DNA from: Amoebophrya sp. A120
Lineage: Eukaryota > Protista > Dinoflagellata
Direction of reading: 5' to 3'
Length of the DNA: 64,000 nt
NCBI GenBank assembly: GCA_905178155.1
Contig: CAJINV010000003.1
Location: 2,251,065-2,315,064 of the forward strand
Below are positions 42,944 through 56,500 of this stretch, piece by piece. A program made the translations under genes and the position numbers. The number at the start of each line of letters is the position of its first letter. Within the stretch, counting starts at the first letter, position 1. A model generated the notes under the pieces. It saw nothing but the letters and a program-made list of their open reading frames with translations, searched no databases and had not been told where the DNA came from.

Positions 42944-43656
42944 CGCTCCGGTAGGAGAATAATGCTCCTCAACAGAAGGCCTCTTTGGTCTACTCAGGCT
43001 GTTGCTCGTGCAAAGGGCGCCATCAGTATCTGAACAAAAAAAAACTTTTTGCACTGAAGCGACAGCAGCTACGCATGAAGGAGAAATATTGTGGTGACTT
43101 CCGCCTTGCTTAGCTCCTCCTTTTGTACTAGCATGCAGCGCATTCCGTAACGCTGCCAGGGCTCAGCGCAGCAGTCAGGCAACGCGAACCACCACGATCA
43201 CTCGCACTCTATGGCCGTGGAATCGCTCGCACTCTATGGCACTCTGCGGCTCCCTCGCGAACCTCCACGATCACAAGGCCGCGAATCGCTCTTGCAAATT
43301 TCAGCTACCTTGCAAGAACTAACAATACGACATCAACCATTAAGCTTAGAACACTGCTTATGGCGAAGAACGGAAACTCAAATGATAACTCCTATACTAT
43401 GCCCCCGTGATACATACAAATTTTGTTTTTTCGTTCGATAGCGGAAACGTGTTCTCTTTCCTACAGACGCGGGCACAACAATCGGATTGCTGGGACTTGA
43501 TGTGCCCATGCTACGTTTCGTTCATTGGTCGACCAGCTTTCTGTGGAAAAATCATACATTTCGAAACAAGGCAGGCTCGACTTCCTTTGTCACACCATAT
43601 TTTTATCGTCCAGAAGCGACATTACGTAACAAGTGTTTGCACGCAACAATCAATTA

Positions 43657-44986
43657 TCATTTTCCAAAAAGCGTCGTATCCATCGCCATCTTGCCTCCGG
43701 GCACCACCTTCCCGTTTGGACAGAACCCGCCACCCTGGAGCTTGCACATCACTTTTGCAGTGCTGCCCGCTTCGGTCGGGTCCTCGCAAAACCCGAGGAT
43801 GCGTGCGGGGTTACATTGGGCCTCCCGTGCTTTTTCCGCGGTTTCGATCTGTTTCTCCTGCTCCCACTGCTCCGCCAGCGGCTTCGCAATCCGCTCGGTC
43901 TTCCGGAGATACCGGCAAAACTTTTGGAACAGCCCGTACACCGGGTGGTCGTCCTGCCAACCAAGTTTGCCCGCGGTCGTAGTCATCGGGTGCTGTTTCC
44001 GCCACCACTGCCGACAGCTTTTCACCTCGCAGTCCTGTCCCGCCGGGTTACACCACGCTTCCTGGTCGTTGGGCACCGGGCGCTTCTTGTCAAAGAAATC
44101 GCAGCCCTTTGACATCTCGTTCCAGAGGTGGAACTTGATCGGCAGTTCCGAACGCCCCCCGGGCCGAAGCTCCTCCTTCTCCTGAAGCTGGTTCACCAGC
44201 TGCGCGCACGAGTGGGATTTCTCGCAGGACTTCTGCAGCGTTTCCAGTGACCGTCGATACTGAAGGAGGTACCTGGAGGAGATATAAGAGGTTTGGGTTT
44301 GCGTCAAGAACAGACGATCGATCCATGACAAGGTCCGGCAAGGCACGATACGCTTCCTTGCAAAATATGAAGCTCTGCAGTTCCACGAAAAGACTTAAAT
44401 CTATTCCTGTTCTACCCTACCGTAGTAAGTACCATATGTAGCTTCCCCCGGGTCCCTTCCGCCCGTCCTTCCCGTACTCTTCCATCATGGCCGTGAGGCC
44501 GCGCGACTCAGCAATCTTGAAATCGCAAGCCCGACGCTCGAACAGCCCCCGCGCTTTTGCCGCGTCGAAGAGCGCGGTTCCAATCGTGTCGTGGATGCCA
44601 CGAATGAACTTTTTCGCCGCCGGCAACTCTGCGCCCTGGCAAATCTCGCCCTTTTCCAGGCACCCAGGCATCGGCATGTCGTGCGGTGCGTCGATTTTGG
44701 CCTGATCGCACGTCGGGCAGTACACGAAGGAAGTCGCAGCCCTGCTGGCGCGACGAGGACCTTTACTCCTCGACATGCCGACTGCGCCCGTCGCGCCGTC
44801 GTGGAGAGAGCCAATCCATGGGTCTGGTAGTTCGTAGCTGTGCCAGTGCGCTCTGTGTCCCCGGAACACCGTGCTGCTGTGCCCGTCTGCGTCGACACGA
44901 CCGAGATCGTGAACGCTTGAAGCGGATAACAAGTGCAGCCCTTGATCATGGCCACCATCGTGTGCGAAAGTCGCCAACACACCCAT
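43657..44986 (-). CDS. Hypothetical cysteine-rich protein; 2 or more exons
   Basis: GT-AG intron 44432-44273 joins ..GGSYIW-YLLQYRR.. in frame. Start uncertain. Confidence 0.65.
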
Positions 44987-45728
44987 CAATGTTCGTTGCT
45001 AAAAAAACTTGCGATTTTTATACGCCTGAACAAACACCTCCAAAGTACATTTGTTCTGTGGGCATAGCATTTATCGTTCCTCTTGTTTCCATGGTTGTAA
45101 AATAAAAGGAACAAGCGAGAAACGGCTCTCTACTCTCAATTCCACTCATTCCAAGCAAGAACCTCTCGAGAACTACGTCTCGGCTTCAACAAAACGAAAG
45201 ATGAACGAGGTACGTCCTACTATGCTTAAGTACGTGAATCGATTGCGTCTGCGTCACATATGAATACAGGACTGAACACCCTCAGACGATGCGACCGCTC
45301 GATCTATTTGCGGCCGTCGCGGCTCCGGAAGAGCTCAAAGACCCTCTTTGATCATATGATTTCCGCTTGTAACAGATGAGAAAAACGTAGTGCTAGCGCC
45401 AGAAAAAATTTCTTTCCTGTCGAGGTTGATTTTGTCGACCATAGATCATTGCAAAACGATCGATTTCACTTCTTGCCTGGTGCGACGCACATGGACATTC
45501 CGCAAAATCGATCGTCTTCCAACATCCCGTCGCCACAGAAGAGGTCGCTCAACAAACAGGCTTCCAGGAGCATCAGTAGAATACACACTTTGACTTTCAA
45601 ATAGATGCCTGTTGTTGATATTTTATTGTCGTCTACTCAGTCAGTGCTAGTTTGGAAAATAACGGTATGAAATATCTCGTGAAGATTTTAATACAGATAC
45701 AGTCGATAAGAATACAGAAAAAGTCGTC

Positions 45729-48700
45729 TCAAATTGGTGATGGCGTATCCACATCCATCGGGTCGCTGGCAGCGTAGTTCTGAATCGACGCGGGCGAAGT
45801 GGACGCCGTCGTCGCCACAGCACCACTGCGCGGCGAGCCGGAACCGCTGGAAATCATGGCACCAGCAGCTCCCGCTGTACTAGTTGGTGAAGACACCACA
45901 GCACTTGACGTTGATGTTACGGCACTACCCTGTATGTGGGTTTTTGACGCTTCGAGATCGCGGACCAGTGAGGAGTTGTCCGCGCCGGGGACGTTCTGGC
46001 CGATGGGCTCCGTGACGTCCAGCAACTGCTGAAACTCGCGACTCAAGTTCAGGTCCCGGACGATCTCGCGCGTTTTCGAAAGTAGGGCCGCGCGTTCTTG
46101 CGCGAGCAGCAACTCCTCGCGTCGTTTCAGGGTTTCGCGCTCGTTCGCGTGACTGGTTTCCAGCTCCTCCTGGATTTTCTGCAGCTCAACACGGTCCTCA
46201 AAGGTGATGGAGCGTCGCAAAGTCTCGATGTTCCAAAACAAGGATCCCTTTTCGGAGTCGTTCACGTAGGCCGTCACGTCCACCTCTTCGTGCCACGCGA
46301 TCCGTTTTCCCAAATCTCCGGAAAAGTCCTCCACGGCGCCCGCGCGCACGCTGCGGGTGCGCCCGGCTTTTCGCAAGTCGGCCTCGTTTTTCGCGGCCCG
46401 AAGCTCCGGCGAGGACCCCGCGCTCTCGCCGGACTTCTTTCTGGAAGATGCGCTCTTTGATGCTGGGCTCCCAGGCCTGGTGGCAGGGGTTGGCGTGGCT
46501 AGTAAAATTTGCGGAAGTGCGTGGTTATCGCGCTCTTCCATCCGCGGGTTCAGGTTGCTACCGAAGCTTGCGGCCACCGTGCTAACGTCCTGTGCGGTCA
46601 AACTGAAGAGCCCGTCGTCTTGCTCGTCCCGCGCCTGATTTTTAGTCGATGTTGTTGTAATTTTACGTTTTTCCACTCCTCCGGATGGTTGCTTTGATGT
46701 TGTTGTAGCAGAACTGTCTAGTAATTGTTGATCTTTACTACTATTCTTATTTTTTCCAGCAGTACCAGTGCTACTGCTTCTGCTATCAGAAGAAGTAGCA
46801 CTGCTACTGCTTGATGAAGATGTTTCACTGCTACAGTGGTTTGCTTTTTTAGCCGCGCTATTGCGAAAGCCGGGGAGTTCGCCTAGAAACAGCGCGAAAT
46901 TCGGAGGCACGGAATCGTTGCGATGGGCCTGGTGTTTTGTAGTTGTGTCGGAGTGCGCGCGCTGCGGTTGATCGTCTTTGCCATTGGTATTCACAACTGC
47001 TTGATCCCCATCGCTGATAATCCTGGGGGTTTTTATCGGTGGTGGAACGCCCTTCGTCATACCGTGGTTCTTCTGCAAATTCTGGGCTCCTGCCTCTGGA
47101 GGTTTACCCTCAACAAGTAATGACGCGCACTTTGGAGGACTTGCAGGTGCTTCTAACCCGTAGCGTATTATTCGCTCTCGCAAGCTCGTCCCTGCCTGCA
47201 CAGTTCTCCCTCCTGCTGCATGACCGTGGTTGTTGCCTTTTTCGCGTCGGCCGGCGTGCACTCGTGGGACCTCGTCGACACAAGACAGGGCAGCCATCGA
47301 GTCCCGAGAGGACGGCTCTGCATCCACTGCGAGGCCAGGAGGAGGACAAACGGAGGCGCGCGCGATCGCAGCACTAGGCTCCGGTGGAAGTTGGAGAAGG
47401 CGTGCTGCGCCTCCCCGAGTTGAATCCTCTTGTTTGTCGGAACCCTCAGCACTGCTGCTATGCGGAGATTTATTTTCTTTCCACATTTCATACGGGTTCG
47501 CAAGCCGCTCTGGAGGCGTGCTTGTCGTGTGGAAGTCGTTGTCGTTCTTGCGGTCGTCCGAATCGATCTTCTCATTCTCTGCTGCAAGAACATTATGTAG
47601 TTGCCCATGCTGTAGTCGTGCTGCATCTTCACAACTACTCGAAGTGCGATCTTTCCTCGGGTGGTCGTTCTTGTTGACCTCCTGCTGAGAAAAAGTCGTA
47701 ACTTCTGCCGGCGAACTCCGGGTGTCATGCGATTGAACACCAGTCGTGGGTGTAACAACCACGCCCTTGCCTATCTGTTCGACCGGTTTCCTCACCTTCC
47801 TCGGCGCAGTGGTCCCCGTCTTGGTCACGGCGCACGACGGCTGGTCACAATCATCTACCGTTGGTGTTGTAGTTGATGGCTTCCCTCTGTGCACCGCTGT
47901 AGGCGGCGGAATCGGGTGTGGTTCAAGGGGGATCAAAAAGGGATTAAAACCTCCCAGGTTTTGGCAAACGGGGGGATAGGGCGCGGGCACGAAAAATCTC
48001 GGGTCCAAAACCAAACCTGCTAAGTTGGTGCTATGGCTATTAGTCGAGAAACCACGACGGGGGGCCGGCGGAGGAAAGCTTTTGTGCTCGTCTTCGGGTC
48101 GTAGCACGGCAGGAGGAGTGGTTGATGCTACAACTGGGGTCATTGATGGGCAAGTTGATGTCCTGGTAGATTCCCCGTCGGGAGAGGTGACAGAATCCAG
48201 AGCATGCTCACGCTTTTCTTTCCCCTCCACTTCGGTACTACTAGAAACGGCGCTAAAGCGGCGCGGGGTTCTAACCTTGCGACTCGACTCGCCGAGGCAC
48301 GGTTCTTTCAGATTGTCCTCTGCCAATGCAGGGCAGTCGTCGAGCTTCTCATCATCCGCAACAAGTTCGTCAAAAGCTGCAGCGCTAGTGGTTGGAAAGT
48401 TGGCATTCGTGAACAGCCTCTGAATTTCCTCCGGTAGAGGCTGACTGCACTGCTCTTCCTCTGTCTCGAACTTCTGGGTAGTTCTGTGTTGCTTCGCGTG
48501 CTTTTGTGCGTTGAAATGATGGCAACTAATGTCCGCCTCGGCGTACAGGTTGCTCATCAACTTTGACGCGGCTCGCAATCTACTCCCGAAAACACCCGCC
48601 TCGCCGCCTCTTGCGGTCCGCCTCCCGGGTGTCCCAGCGGCCGGCGCACCGTTGCCTTCACCAACGTGCTGACTGCTTCTAGTTCGCCCCGATCCGGCGC

Positions 48701-49658
48701 TTCCGCGCGGCAGCGTCGTGCTAGGGAGCATACCCACTTCCCCCCGTGTAGTACCGTCATCCGCAAGACCGCCTTCGTGGCCACCCGAACCCCGAACCCG
48801 CGGCCCGCGTCCTCCCGAGGCCACACTCTGCAGGTTGTGGTTCCGACGGGAGTTGTTGTGCTTCCTCCGGGCCTCACTTTCTTCCAGGGGAGGAATACTT
48901 TTCTGCGGGTTGCGCGGTGGAATGTAAAAAGATGATTGCTGTTGCATCCAAGAACGGGATGATGAACTAGAACTCGAAGTAGAAGCGGACCCGCCCGCGA
49001 CGTCGTGGGAACCGTCATGGTGTCCACCACGGTTGTAATCACTGGTCGGGGACTGCTCCACCGTGGTACTTCTGAAAGACCCACGTCTGTCGTCAAACAT
49101 CGTGAAGCGCGTTGCAGCACCCGGATGTTGAGCATCGCCGTGGACCACGTCGACGCTGTTGCGGCTAGAAGAAGTACCAGACACGCCGGGTCTGCAACTC
49201 CGCGAAAAGCGCCCTGCACACTGATTCCCGTTCACGCGAAAAGACGCTGTCCTGTTACCGCCCCGTTTATTATTTTCACCTACCGTAGGTGAGTAATACC
49301 CCTGTCTCGTTCCGTTCGCACTGAAAAAACTCGCGTTTCTGTTCCGCGGTGAAGGAACGAAAGGCGGGAGTGGATCGAACAACGGAAGGTCTGCGTTAAA
49401 ATTGCCGTTGCTGTCAATACAAAACTTGTCGAGGTCGTATTCGGTATCGTAGCCTGCGCTCTCCTGCGGTTGAGACCCACCGCCGCCATCTCGCAGCGTC
49501 GAAAACAAAGACCGCCGTCTCCGCGGCTTTGGCTTCGAAATCGAAAAAAGTTGGTCGTTCCCACCGGTAGATGAAGAAACGCGGTGGGTGTGGTCAACCA
49601 TTGCAGGAGGTTGGAACCGTTGCCGCGGGCTGCTACTGTCACTACAAGCGGCCGCCAT
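45729..49658 (-). CDS. Large intronless low-complexity hypothetical protein (~1300 aa)
   Basis: 4-kb open frame, Ser/Thr/Pro-rich, with a short C-terminal coiled coil. First ATG at 49658. Confidence 0.75.
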   Translation of the reverse strand: MAAACSDSSSPRQRFQPPAMVDHTHRVSSSTGGNDQLFSISKPKPRRRRSLFSTLRDGGGGSQPQESAGYDTEYDLDKFCIDSNGNFNADLPLFDPLPPFVPSPRNRNASFFSANGTRQGYYSPTVGENNKRGGNRTASFRVNGNQCAGRFSRSCRPGVSGTSSSRNSVDVVHGDAQHPGAATRFTMFDDRRGSFRSTTVEQSPTSDYNRGGHHDGSHDVAGGSASTSSSSSSSRSWMQQQSSFYIPPRNPQKSIPPLEESEARRKHNNSRRNHNLQSVASGGRGPRVRGSGGHEGGLADDGTTRGEVGMLPSTTLPRGSAGSGRTRSSQHVGEGNGAPAAGTPGRRTARGGEAGVFGSRLRAASKLMSNLYAEADISCHHFNAQKHAKQHRTTQKFETEEEQCSQPLPEEIQRLFTNANFPTTSAAAFDELVADDEKLDDCPALAEDNLKEPCLGESSRKVRTPRRFSAVSSSTEVEGKEKREHALDSVTSPDGESTRTSTCPSMTPVVASTTPPAVLRPEDEHKSFPPPAPRRGFSTNSHSTNLAGLVLDPRFFVPAPYPPVCQNLGGFNPFLIPLEPHPIPPPTAVHRGKPSTTTPTVDDCDQPSCAVTKTGTTAPRKVRKPVEQIGKGVVVTPTTGVQSHDTRSSPAEVTTFSQQEVNKNDHPRKDRTSSSCEDAARLQHGQLHNVLAAENEKIDSDDRKNDNDFHTTSTPPERLANPYEMWKENKSPHSSSAEGSDKQEDSTRGGAARLLQLPPEPSAAIARASVCPPPGLAVDAEPSSRDSMAALSCVDEVPRVHAGRREKGNNHGHAAGGRTVQAGTSLRERIIRYGLEAPASPPKCASLLVEGKPPEAGAQNLQKNHGMTKGVPPPIKTPRIISDGDQAVVNTNGKDDQPQRAHSDTTTKHQAHRNDSVPPNFALFLGELPGFRNSAAKKANHCSSETSSSSSSSATSSDSRSSSTGTAGKNKNSSKDQQLLDSSATTTSKQPSGGVEKRKITTTSTKNQARDEQDDGLFSLTAQDVSTVAASFGSNLNPRMEERDNHALPQILLATPTPATRPGSPASKSASSRKKSGESAGSSPELRAAKNEADLRKAGRTRSVRAGAVEDFSGDLGKRIAWHEEVDVTAYVNDSEKGSLFWNIETLRRSITFEDRVELQKIQEELETSHANERETLKRREELLLAQERAALLSKTREIVRDLNLSREFQQLLDVTEPIGQNVPGADNSSLVRDLEASKTHIQGSAVTSTSSAVVSSPTSTAGAAGAMISSGSGSPRSGAVATTASTSPASIQNYAASDPMDVDTPSPI

Positions 49659-50516
49659 CACCGGTGCAAGCGGTTCCTGCTCGTCTGTTTCGGTCCTTAC
49701 CGCATTGAAGATGCGTTTTCGACTACTACTACTCGGACCACGCAAAAAGGCACTGCGAATCTTTTCGCAGTTACATTCGACAAGAAAAGCATGTAGAACT
49801 CTACTTAAAGTGGATTTTGGTATTTTCAATTTTCTCAGAAATGTGAAAATCGAGTAAGTAGATCGTATGCTCCCGTCAGGATTGGCACAATAAATGCTAA
49901 CTCTAGTCGGCCTCCATGAAAATATATAGATACATCCCCTGCTGGGGTGACAGGAGCACTCTCGACACCATAAAACATCACTGCACGTTTATTTCTTGTT
50001 TCCTGTTGTGGTCGTTCCGCATTCGATGCAGCAAATAGATTGACGTGGTCACTACCTTGTTTCCGTGGTTCGTTCAGTAGAAATAAGCTACTTCCCTAAT
50101 ATGCGAGATCTTGCGGTTCTCGTGATCAGTCTTTGCGAAGATCGCTGTAGGTGGATGATCTTCCCTGTTTGGATCTTGTTCAGTCGCACATCGCTTGTTT
50201 CGCTGCCTGGTTTGCGATTGCGATTTCTAAACTTTATGATGTACTTCGACCAAGACCTCCTGCCCGCAAACAACTTTTCGACTGCGCCTGCCACCGTGTT
50301 GGGAATCATCCGTCCGAGAGGTGGTCTACATCGTCAGCAGCATGGCAACCTCCTTGCAGCTCCTTCCTCGCCTTACGGCAAACCAAACCGCATCCCTTGC
50401 TTCAGCTTCACACTCCCCGGCTATTGCCATGCAAAAGTCACCAAATACATGCTCACATACAATCCAAGCAAATCAACCAGCACATCAAACGACGGTAGAG
50501 TACAATGAAAATGAGA

Positions 50517-53500
50517 TCACCAAGGAACATTAACAACAAACGATTGGAGTACCGAGGCGAATCCTTCCGCAGAGTCGAGACCCCCGCTCTCGTCTCCTTG
50601 ATGCATCGGGGGTGATGCATTGCTGGTGGCTTCTCCCTCCGGTCGCTTCTGCCCCGGGCGCATGAAGGTGCGCAGATACCGCATCAGGGAATTGTCTCCG
50701 TAGTCGTAATTTGAGTCGGCTGCCTCATCCGGTAGCACGGTGGGAGGACCGCCGGATCCGTCCGTTCCTCGGTGGAGGTCCCAAGTCGTACGGGACGCCA
50801 GGTCAGCGCTCTGTCCCCCGTCCATCACCTCTTTTCGGGACTGCGGCAGGCTGCTCGCGGGAGGTGGATACGCGCCGTAGTCCACCGGGGCTCCTGCTTG
50901 ATGTTGCTCCGCACTGCTCAACACCATGCCCTTCTCCCACGTCGTTCTGCTCTGCAGATCCGCGCTCTGCCCCCCGTACATGACCTCTTTTCGGGACTGC
51001 GGCTGGTCGTGGGCCTGCTCCAGTAGCACCTCGTCGAAGCGGCTCGACAGTTTCTGACCACCTGCTCCCGACCGCAGCTCAAAAGTGGTTCTGCTCTGCA
51101 AGTCCGCACTCTGCCCACCGTACACGACCTCCTTTCGCGACTCCGGCAGCCCTGCTCCCGAGGACAACAGTTGTCCGTGGTTCCACGTGGTGCGGCTCGC
51201 GAGATCGGCGCTCTGGCCACCCTGCACCACTTCTTTCCGGGAATCCGGATGGTCCTCGTTGCTCTTCTGCTGCCGTTTGGCGTCGTCGGCGGGCAGCGGG
51301 TACTCGACAACCCGGAAAGAATCGCCCCGCGGGGACCCGAAGTGGTGGCTGCTGCCGTTCGACAGGCGATCTGCGTCGTGGTGGCCGCCGCGCGGCTCGG
51401 AGAACCCCCGGATCGCCGAGTTGTTACTACCTCCGTGGAAGCTGGCTGGCGACTGCAGGGCCGACTGAATCTTGCTCGAGAGCAGCGTGGTCTTCCCCCC
51501 GGACAGCGTGTTGGGCACTTGCGAGCTCCGCGGGCGTCCCAAGGTGCGCCCGATATGGTGCCCGGCCGACGCGTGGTCGCTCTCGCGGTAGCTCGCGGTG
51601 CTCTCGTTCACGTGCACAGCGCGCCACATGGCGCTCGGAATGGTCGCGCGCTGCTCCAGATCGGCATGCATCCATTCGTAGTCCGTCGCGAACTTCTCCC
51701 GCCTTTCTGCCCCCGTGAGCTGCTGCTGCTGCACACCGGACGCAGTAGTACCGGAGAGCACGAAGGAGCTTCTGTGCGACTTACTCGAACTCGAGGTGGT
51801 GTGCGCCGTCCCGGCCGGGTAAAGCTGGTTTGGAAAACTCGCGGTACTCACATCAGACCGCCCGCTCGCGTCACCCCGATCCAACGCTTCGCGGCGAACC
51901 GAAACGCGGGTTGTCGGGGGCAGAGACAAGCTTACTCGCGATGTGGTCACTGGCGTGGAAACCTGGGATAAAAATTATTGAATTTTCATACCAGATTCAG
52001 TCACCAACGAAAGTGGAAACTTCGTTCTTAAAAATGGAAAAGCAGAAAGCGAATGCTACAAACAGCCAGAAATAGTAAACATTTTCTATCAAAAGGCGTT
52101 TTGTAGCTAGCGTATTTTTACCTCGGTGACGTGCAGGTCGAAGTTGGCGGGCCCTGTTGAACTCGGCGGCGCGGCGACCTCCGAGCGCAGCGACGCGGCC
52201 GGCGAGTGAATCCTTGACCCGGCCAGAACCGTGGAAGCGCGGCGGCTCTGACTCTGGAGGAGCGCCCCCTCGACGTGCGCGCGGCCGAAGTGGTCCACGA
52301 TCAGCTTGGTCACGCTGTCGGCGATGCGCTGCTCCTCCTCGGCGGTCCACACCTTTTCCTTCGGATGGTCGCTGAACTGCGGATCGCTGAACGCGGAGCT
52401 GCTCCCGCCGAGCTGCGAACTGGTTCCCGACCCGCGTCGCGCGTTCTCACTCAGGTGTGCGTTACTCGACAACGATTCAGTCCTCGAACCGGCTGTCCGG
52501 TGCTGACGGTCCTTGTTTGACCTGTTTCCCAAGGATCGCAGACTCGCCCGGTTCCCTTGCTTGACCAACTCGTCGTACTCGAACTCAAAGTCGAGCGCGA
52601 TCACAATCTTCCGCTCGAGGGCCTCGAAAGGATCGTGGTACGACTCGACGAAAAAGTCGTAGTCGTGACTGTCCGACGTCAGCAGCCGGTCGTGATACTG
52701 CGTGAAGCCGACTCCGCGGAGCAAGTACTCCAGTTTTCGCATCTCCCGCAACTCCGCGACCAAACAGGTCCCCAGGGCGGCTCGCCAGGACGAGTTGCTG
52801 CCGATGCTAGCCCCTGCACCCGGCAAAACGTGAGAACCGCCGGCCCCCCTCTTGCCGCTCGTCGGTCCCATGTCGGGATACAAGGGAGACCCTGTCGTTT
52901 TGGATTATAGAAAAATCTTCCGGCAGCTAGCCGCGTATGAAGAAAAAGAAATACTTAAGAACGAGACTTTCTTATCAAAAACTGAATCTAAGTGGAGTGC
53001 CCGTCTCAGAAGATGTATCATCATTAATCGAGTGCATTTCTAATAACCAATTTTTGTACCAGAGGTGAGTGACGCGAGGCGTATAGAATCCGGGCGAGCC
53101 AAATCATAGGTTTCCTGGAACGTTCTGTAGGTCTCTTTGACCCACGCCAGCAATTCCGTGTACGCCGTTTCGGTACAGCGGTCGCCGTAGTCCGCCAGGG
53201 CGAGGAGCAGCTCTTTGAGCAAGAACAGGTCGTCCGCGGAGAGTCGCCCCGTCAACACCTCTTCGACGCCCTCCACCAGTGCGGTGAGACTGCTGGTGTG
53301 TCCCACCGCCTTCAAACGCCCCGCGAATTGCCATCCCAGATGCCGTTGCCGCACGAGAAGCGGAAGGTGCATGGGCGAGGTGGACGAAGATAGTACCGCC
53401 TCCGCCTCGGGGTCCCCGTCGGCGACTTGATGTTGTTGTGCTGCTGCGGCGTCGGTCACCGCGTCTTCTTGCAGTAAGTCCCGCGCTGCCTGGACGCTCT

Positions 53501-56500
53501 CCTCACAAATGCGCAGGTAGGCCGCAAACGCGGTCGCTTTGTCCATCATTCGGTTTTCGGGCGCGAGCATGCCCATGGCTCCGCGCGCCTGGCTGGGTCT
53601 GCTGGTCGTCCCAGACCCGCCCGCCGGTGCGACCTTCTCGTTGTTCACCCCGCGCCACGTCTGTGCGAGCGAGTCGTCGCGGCCGAGCAGCTGGTGGAGC
53701 GCGTACAACAGCAGGTCCGCCACGTCCTTGCCGCTCGCCTCCTGCTCCCCGTCCGTCTCCGACCGCTGCATCAAGCGGCGCACGGACGCGTGGGCTTGGG
53801 ACACGCGCACAGTCAGGAAGTCGCTCCCATCTCGATCGCGGACGGAGTCGTCGGAGAGATGCGTGAAGCGAATGGTGCGCTTGCTGTTCTGGTTATTTGA
53901 CAACATGGAGCCACTCGCCCCATTCACGTTGTCCTCCTCCTCCTCCTCCTCCTCGTCTTCTGTGCTCGTAACTGCGTCGATCTTCGCCGAACCTTCGGGG
54001 CGCCTCTGCGAACTCGTTTTGACCGCAAGAGGACCCGTGGCCGCGGTTGTCTTTTTCGAACTTGCGGGCGTCGGCGTTCCGCTACTTGTGGGCGCAGCGA
54101 AGGATGCCTGCCCTCGGGACTGGATCACGTCTCCTGCGAGAGAGGCGGGCAGCTTGCTCGCGTCCACGCTCTTCGGAGGGGCGGCCTTCGCCTTGGGCTC
54201 CTGTTTGGCTTGGGCCTTCGCCAGGGCGGCCAGGTGACTGGGCCCTAGCGTCGCGCGGTTTATCGGTCGGTGGTGGTTATCCACCTCGAAATCGCTGCTC
54301 GAGCTGGTGCTGCCGAAGTGGCCTGAGGGGGGTTCCTCTGAGTACTGGATTTCGGGGGCGGCGATTTTTATCTCTCGACCATCGTCAATCGCGCTCCCCT
54401 CTCCCCGAACCTTCCCGCGACCGCTGCCCTCGCGGCGGTTTTTGGTTTTCTTCCCGGTCGACTGGATGATGGACTCCCTCGCGGGTCTTGACTGAGACTG
54501 CATGTTGTTGCCCGACATAATAATGGAGGCTCTCTTCGGCTGTCCGGAATTTAAATTGCGCTGCTCCGTGGAAAGCACAGGGTCCCTTCGTGGGCGGCTC
54601 CCACCCATGATGGCGGCAAGCTCTCCAGTCTGCACAGCGTCTCCACGTGGGCTGCTGGCCGCTCCAAACGTTCCCGACTGCGGGCCGTGCATGCTTTCCC
54701 GAGTCATGGACTGTATGTTCACCGACTTGCGCGCAGCGTCATCCGCCATCGACTTGCTCGCAGCGTCATCCGAGCTGTGGTCCTTTGCCTGCTTTTTCTT
54801 GTCGAGGGAGGAAGTTCCCGCCGATTGTGTTTCCAACTTCTTTTTCTTCTTTTTCTGGGATGAAGCATTTTCCATGTGTTCGGCCTTTTTCTCTTCCCTT
54901 TTTTGCTTTTCAAGACTCGCAGTAATTGCGGACAGTCTCTGAACGAAGGCTGGCGCCGCTGGGGCTTTGTTCTCCAGTGAGTTTTGTCTCTCTGACTTCC
55001 TTTTCTTTTCTTTCTTCTCCTCTCCGGAAGACTTTTCCTTTTCCAGTGAGTTTTGTCGTTCAGATTTTCTTTTCTTTTCCTTCTTCTCCTCTCCGGAATC
55101 CTTCGCAGACTTTTCTGGCTCCAGTGAGTGTTGTCGTTCTGACTTCCTTTTCTTTTCTTTCTTCTCCTCTCCGGAATCCTTGCTTGACTTTTCCGGTTCC
55201 AGTGAGTATTGTCGTTCTGACTTCCTTTTCTTTTCTTTCTTCTCCTCTCCGGAATCCTTGCCTGACCTTTCCGGCTCCAGTGAGTTTTGTCGTTCAGATT
55301 TTCTTTTCTTTTCCTTCTTCTCCTCTGCGGAATCCTTCGCAGACTTCTCTTGCTCTAGTGAGTTTTGTCGTTCTGACTTCCTTTTCTTTTCTTTCTGGTC
55401 CCCCGGATGATCCTTCGCTGACTTCACTTTGTCGTGCTCCGGCGCAGTAGTCACACTGACATTAATGCTAACGTTACTAAACTGGCTCGCTTTTTCGCTT
55501 ACGGGAAATTCTGCCGTTTTCGTGCTTGTTTTGCTTGCCACCGACGCATTGGTTCCCACCGACGCATTTGGCGACTGAGTGGTAAACTCCGTTAGGACAG
55601 TTCCCCCCCGGCTCAAACTCCGTGCCGATTTCTTCGAGGGTTGATCTGTCCTTCGCGAGGCAAAGAGACTGTCTTGCACGACTTGCTCGGCGTGCTCGTC
55701 CTCTTCCGCCTTTTGCAGCAACACGTCACCATCCTGCGCCGATCCAGACACGGTCAATTTCTGCTGGGGCTGTACCGTCCCCCTGGACCCGTGACTGTCG
55801 CGTGCAGTTGCCTTCTGTGCTTCCATCGCGCCAAGGCTAAGATGCGTCTTCCCGGTGGCCCCGTAGTTGAAGCTGCCAGCAACAAAGGCTTCCCCCGGCG
55901 AACCCGATCTGGTACTCGACATCTGTGATCCCTTTGTCATCAGCTGCTGCTGCTCACCCCCGGCCCCGGCGGCCGCGCCTTTTTTGCCCTGCCAATACTG
56001 CGGCGCGTACTGGTTGTAATCCCCCCACTTTGGGTCCCACTGTTGGGGCTGTCCGTATTGGTCGTAGTACACCCCGGCGTCCCACTTCTGATCATTCCAC
56101 CGCTGCGAAGATGTCCGGTCGCGCTCCGCCCCCTCGAACGTGGCCGCAGACACGATGCCCTCTCCGTCGCCGCCCGCGTATACTTGTGCGCTCTGCTGGT
56201 CGGCGTAGAAATGGCAGTAGATCCCGATGGCGAGGGCTATGACCATGATTATACTCGCGATCACCACCACCGCGATCACTGCTCCCGACCTCTTCATCTG
56301 TTCAGAAAGCTCCAAAAGCACACTAGAAAAATCCAACGCCTTGAAGCGCGCCGGGCGACGAGCTGCATCGAAACCCTCGTGCTCTCCACGACGCGCTTGT
56401 TGGGCCGCGGCGACTTCGTCCGGGTCGGAGGCTTCCAGCACCATCTCGCTGCCGTCCTCATCCCGCTGCGTGCGGCCGACTACCGGGGGGGCTGTCTTCA

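Noticed and set aside
43190-43295. Short patchwork direct repeats (ctcgcactctatggc x2, ccacgatcac x2)
   Set aside because: Two copies only; looks like local slippage near a gene 5' end.
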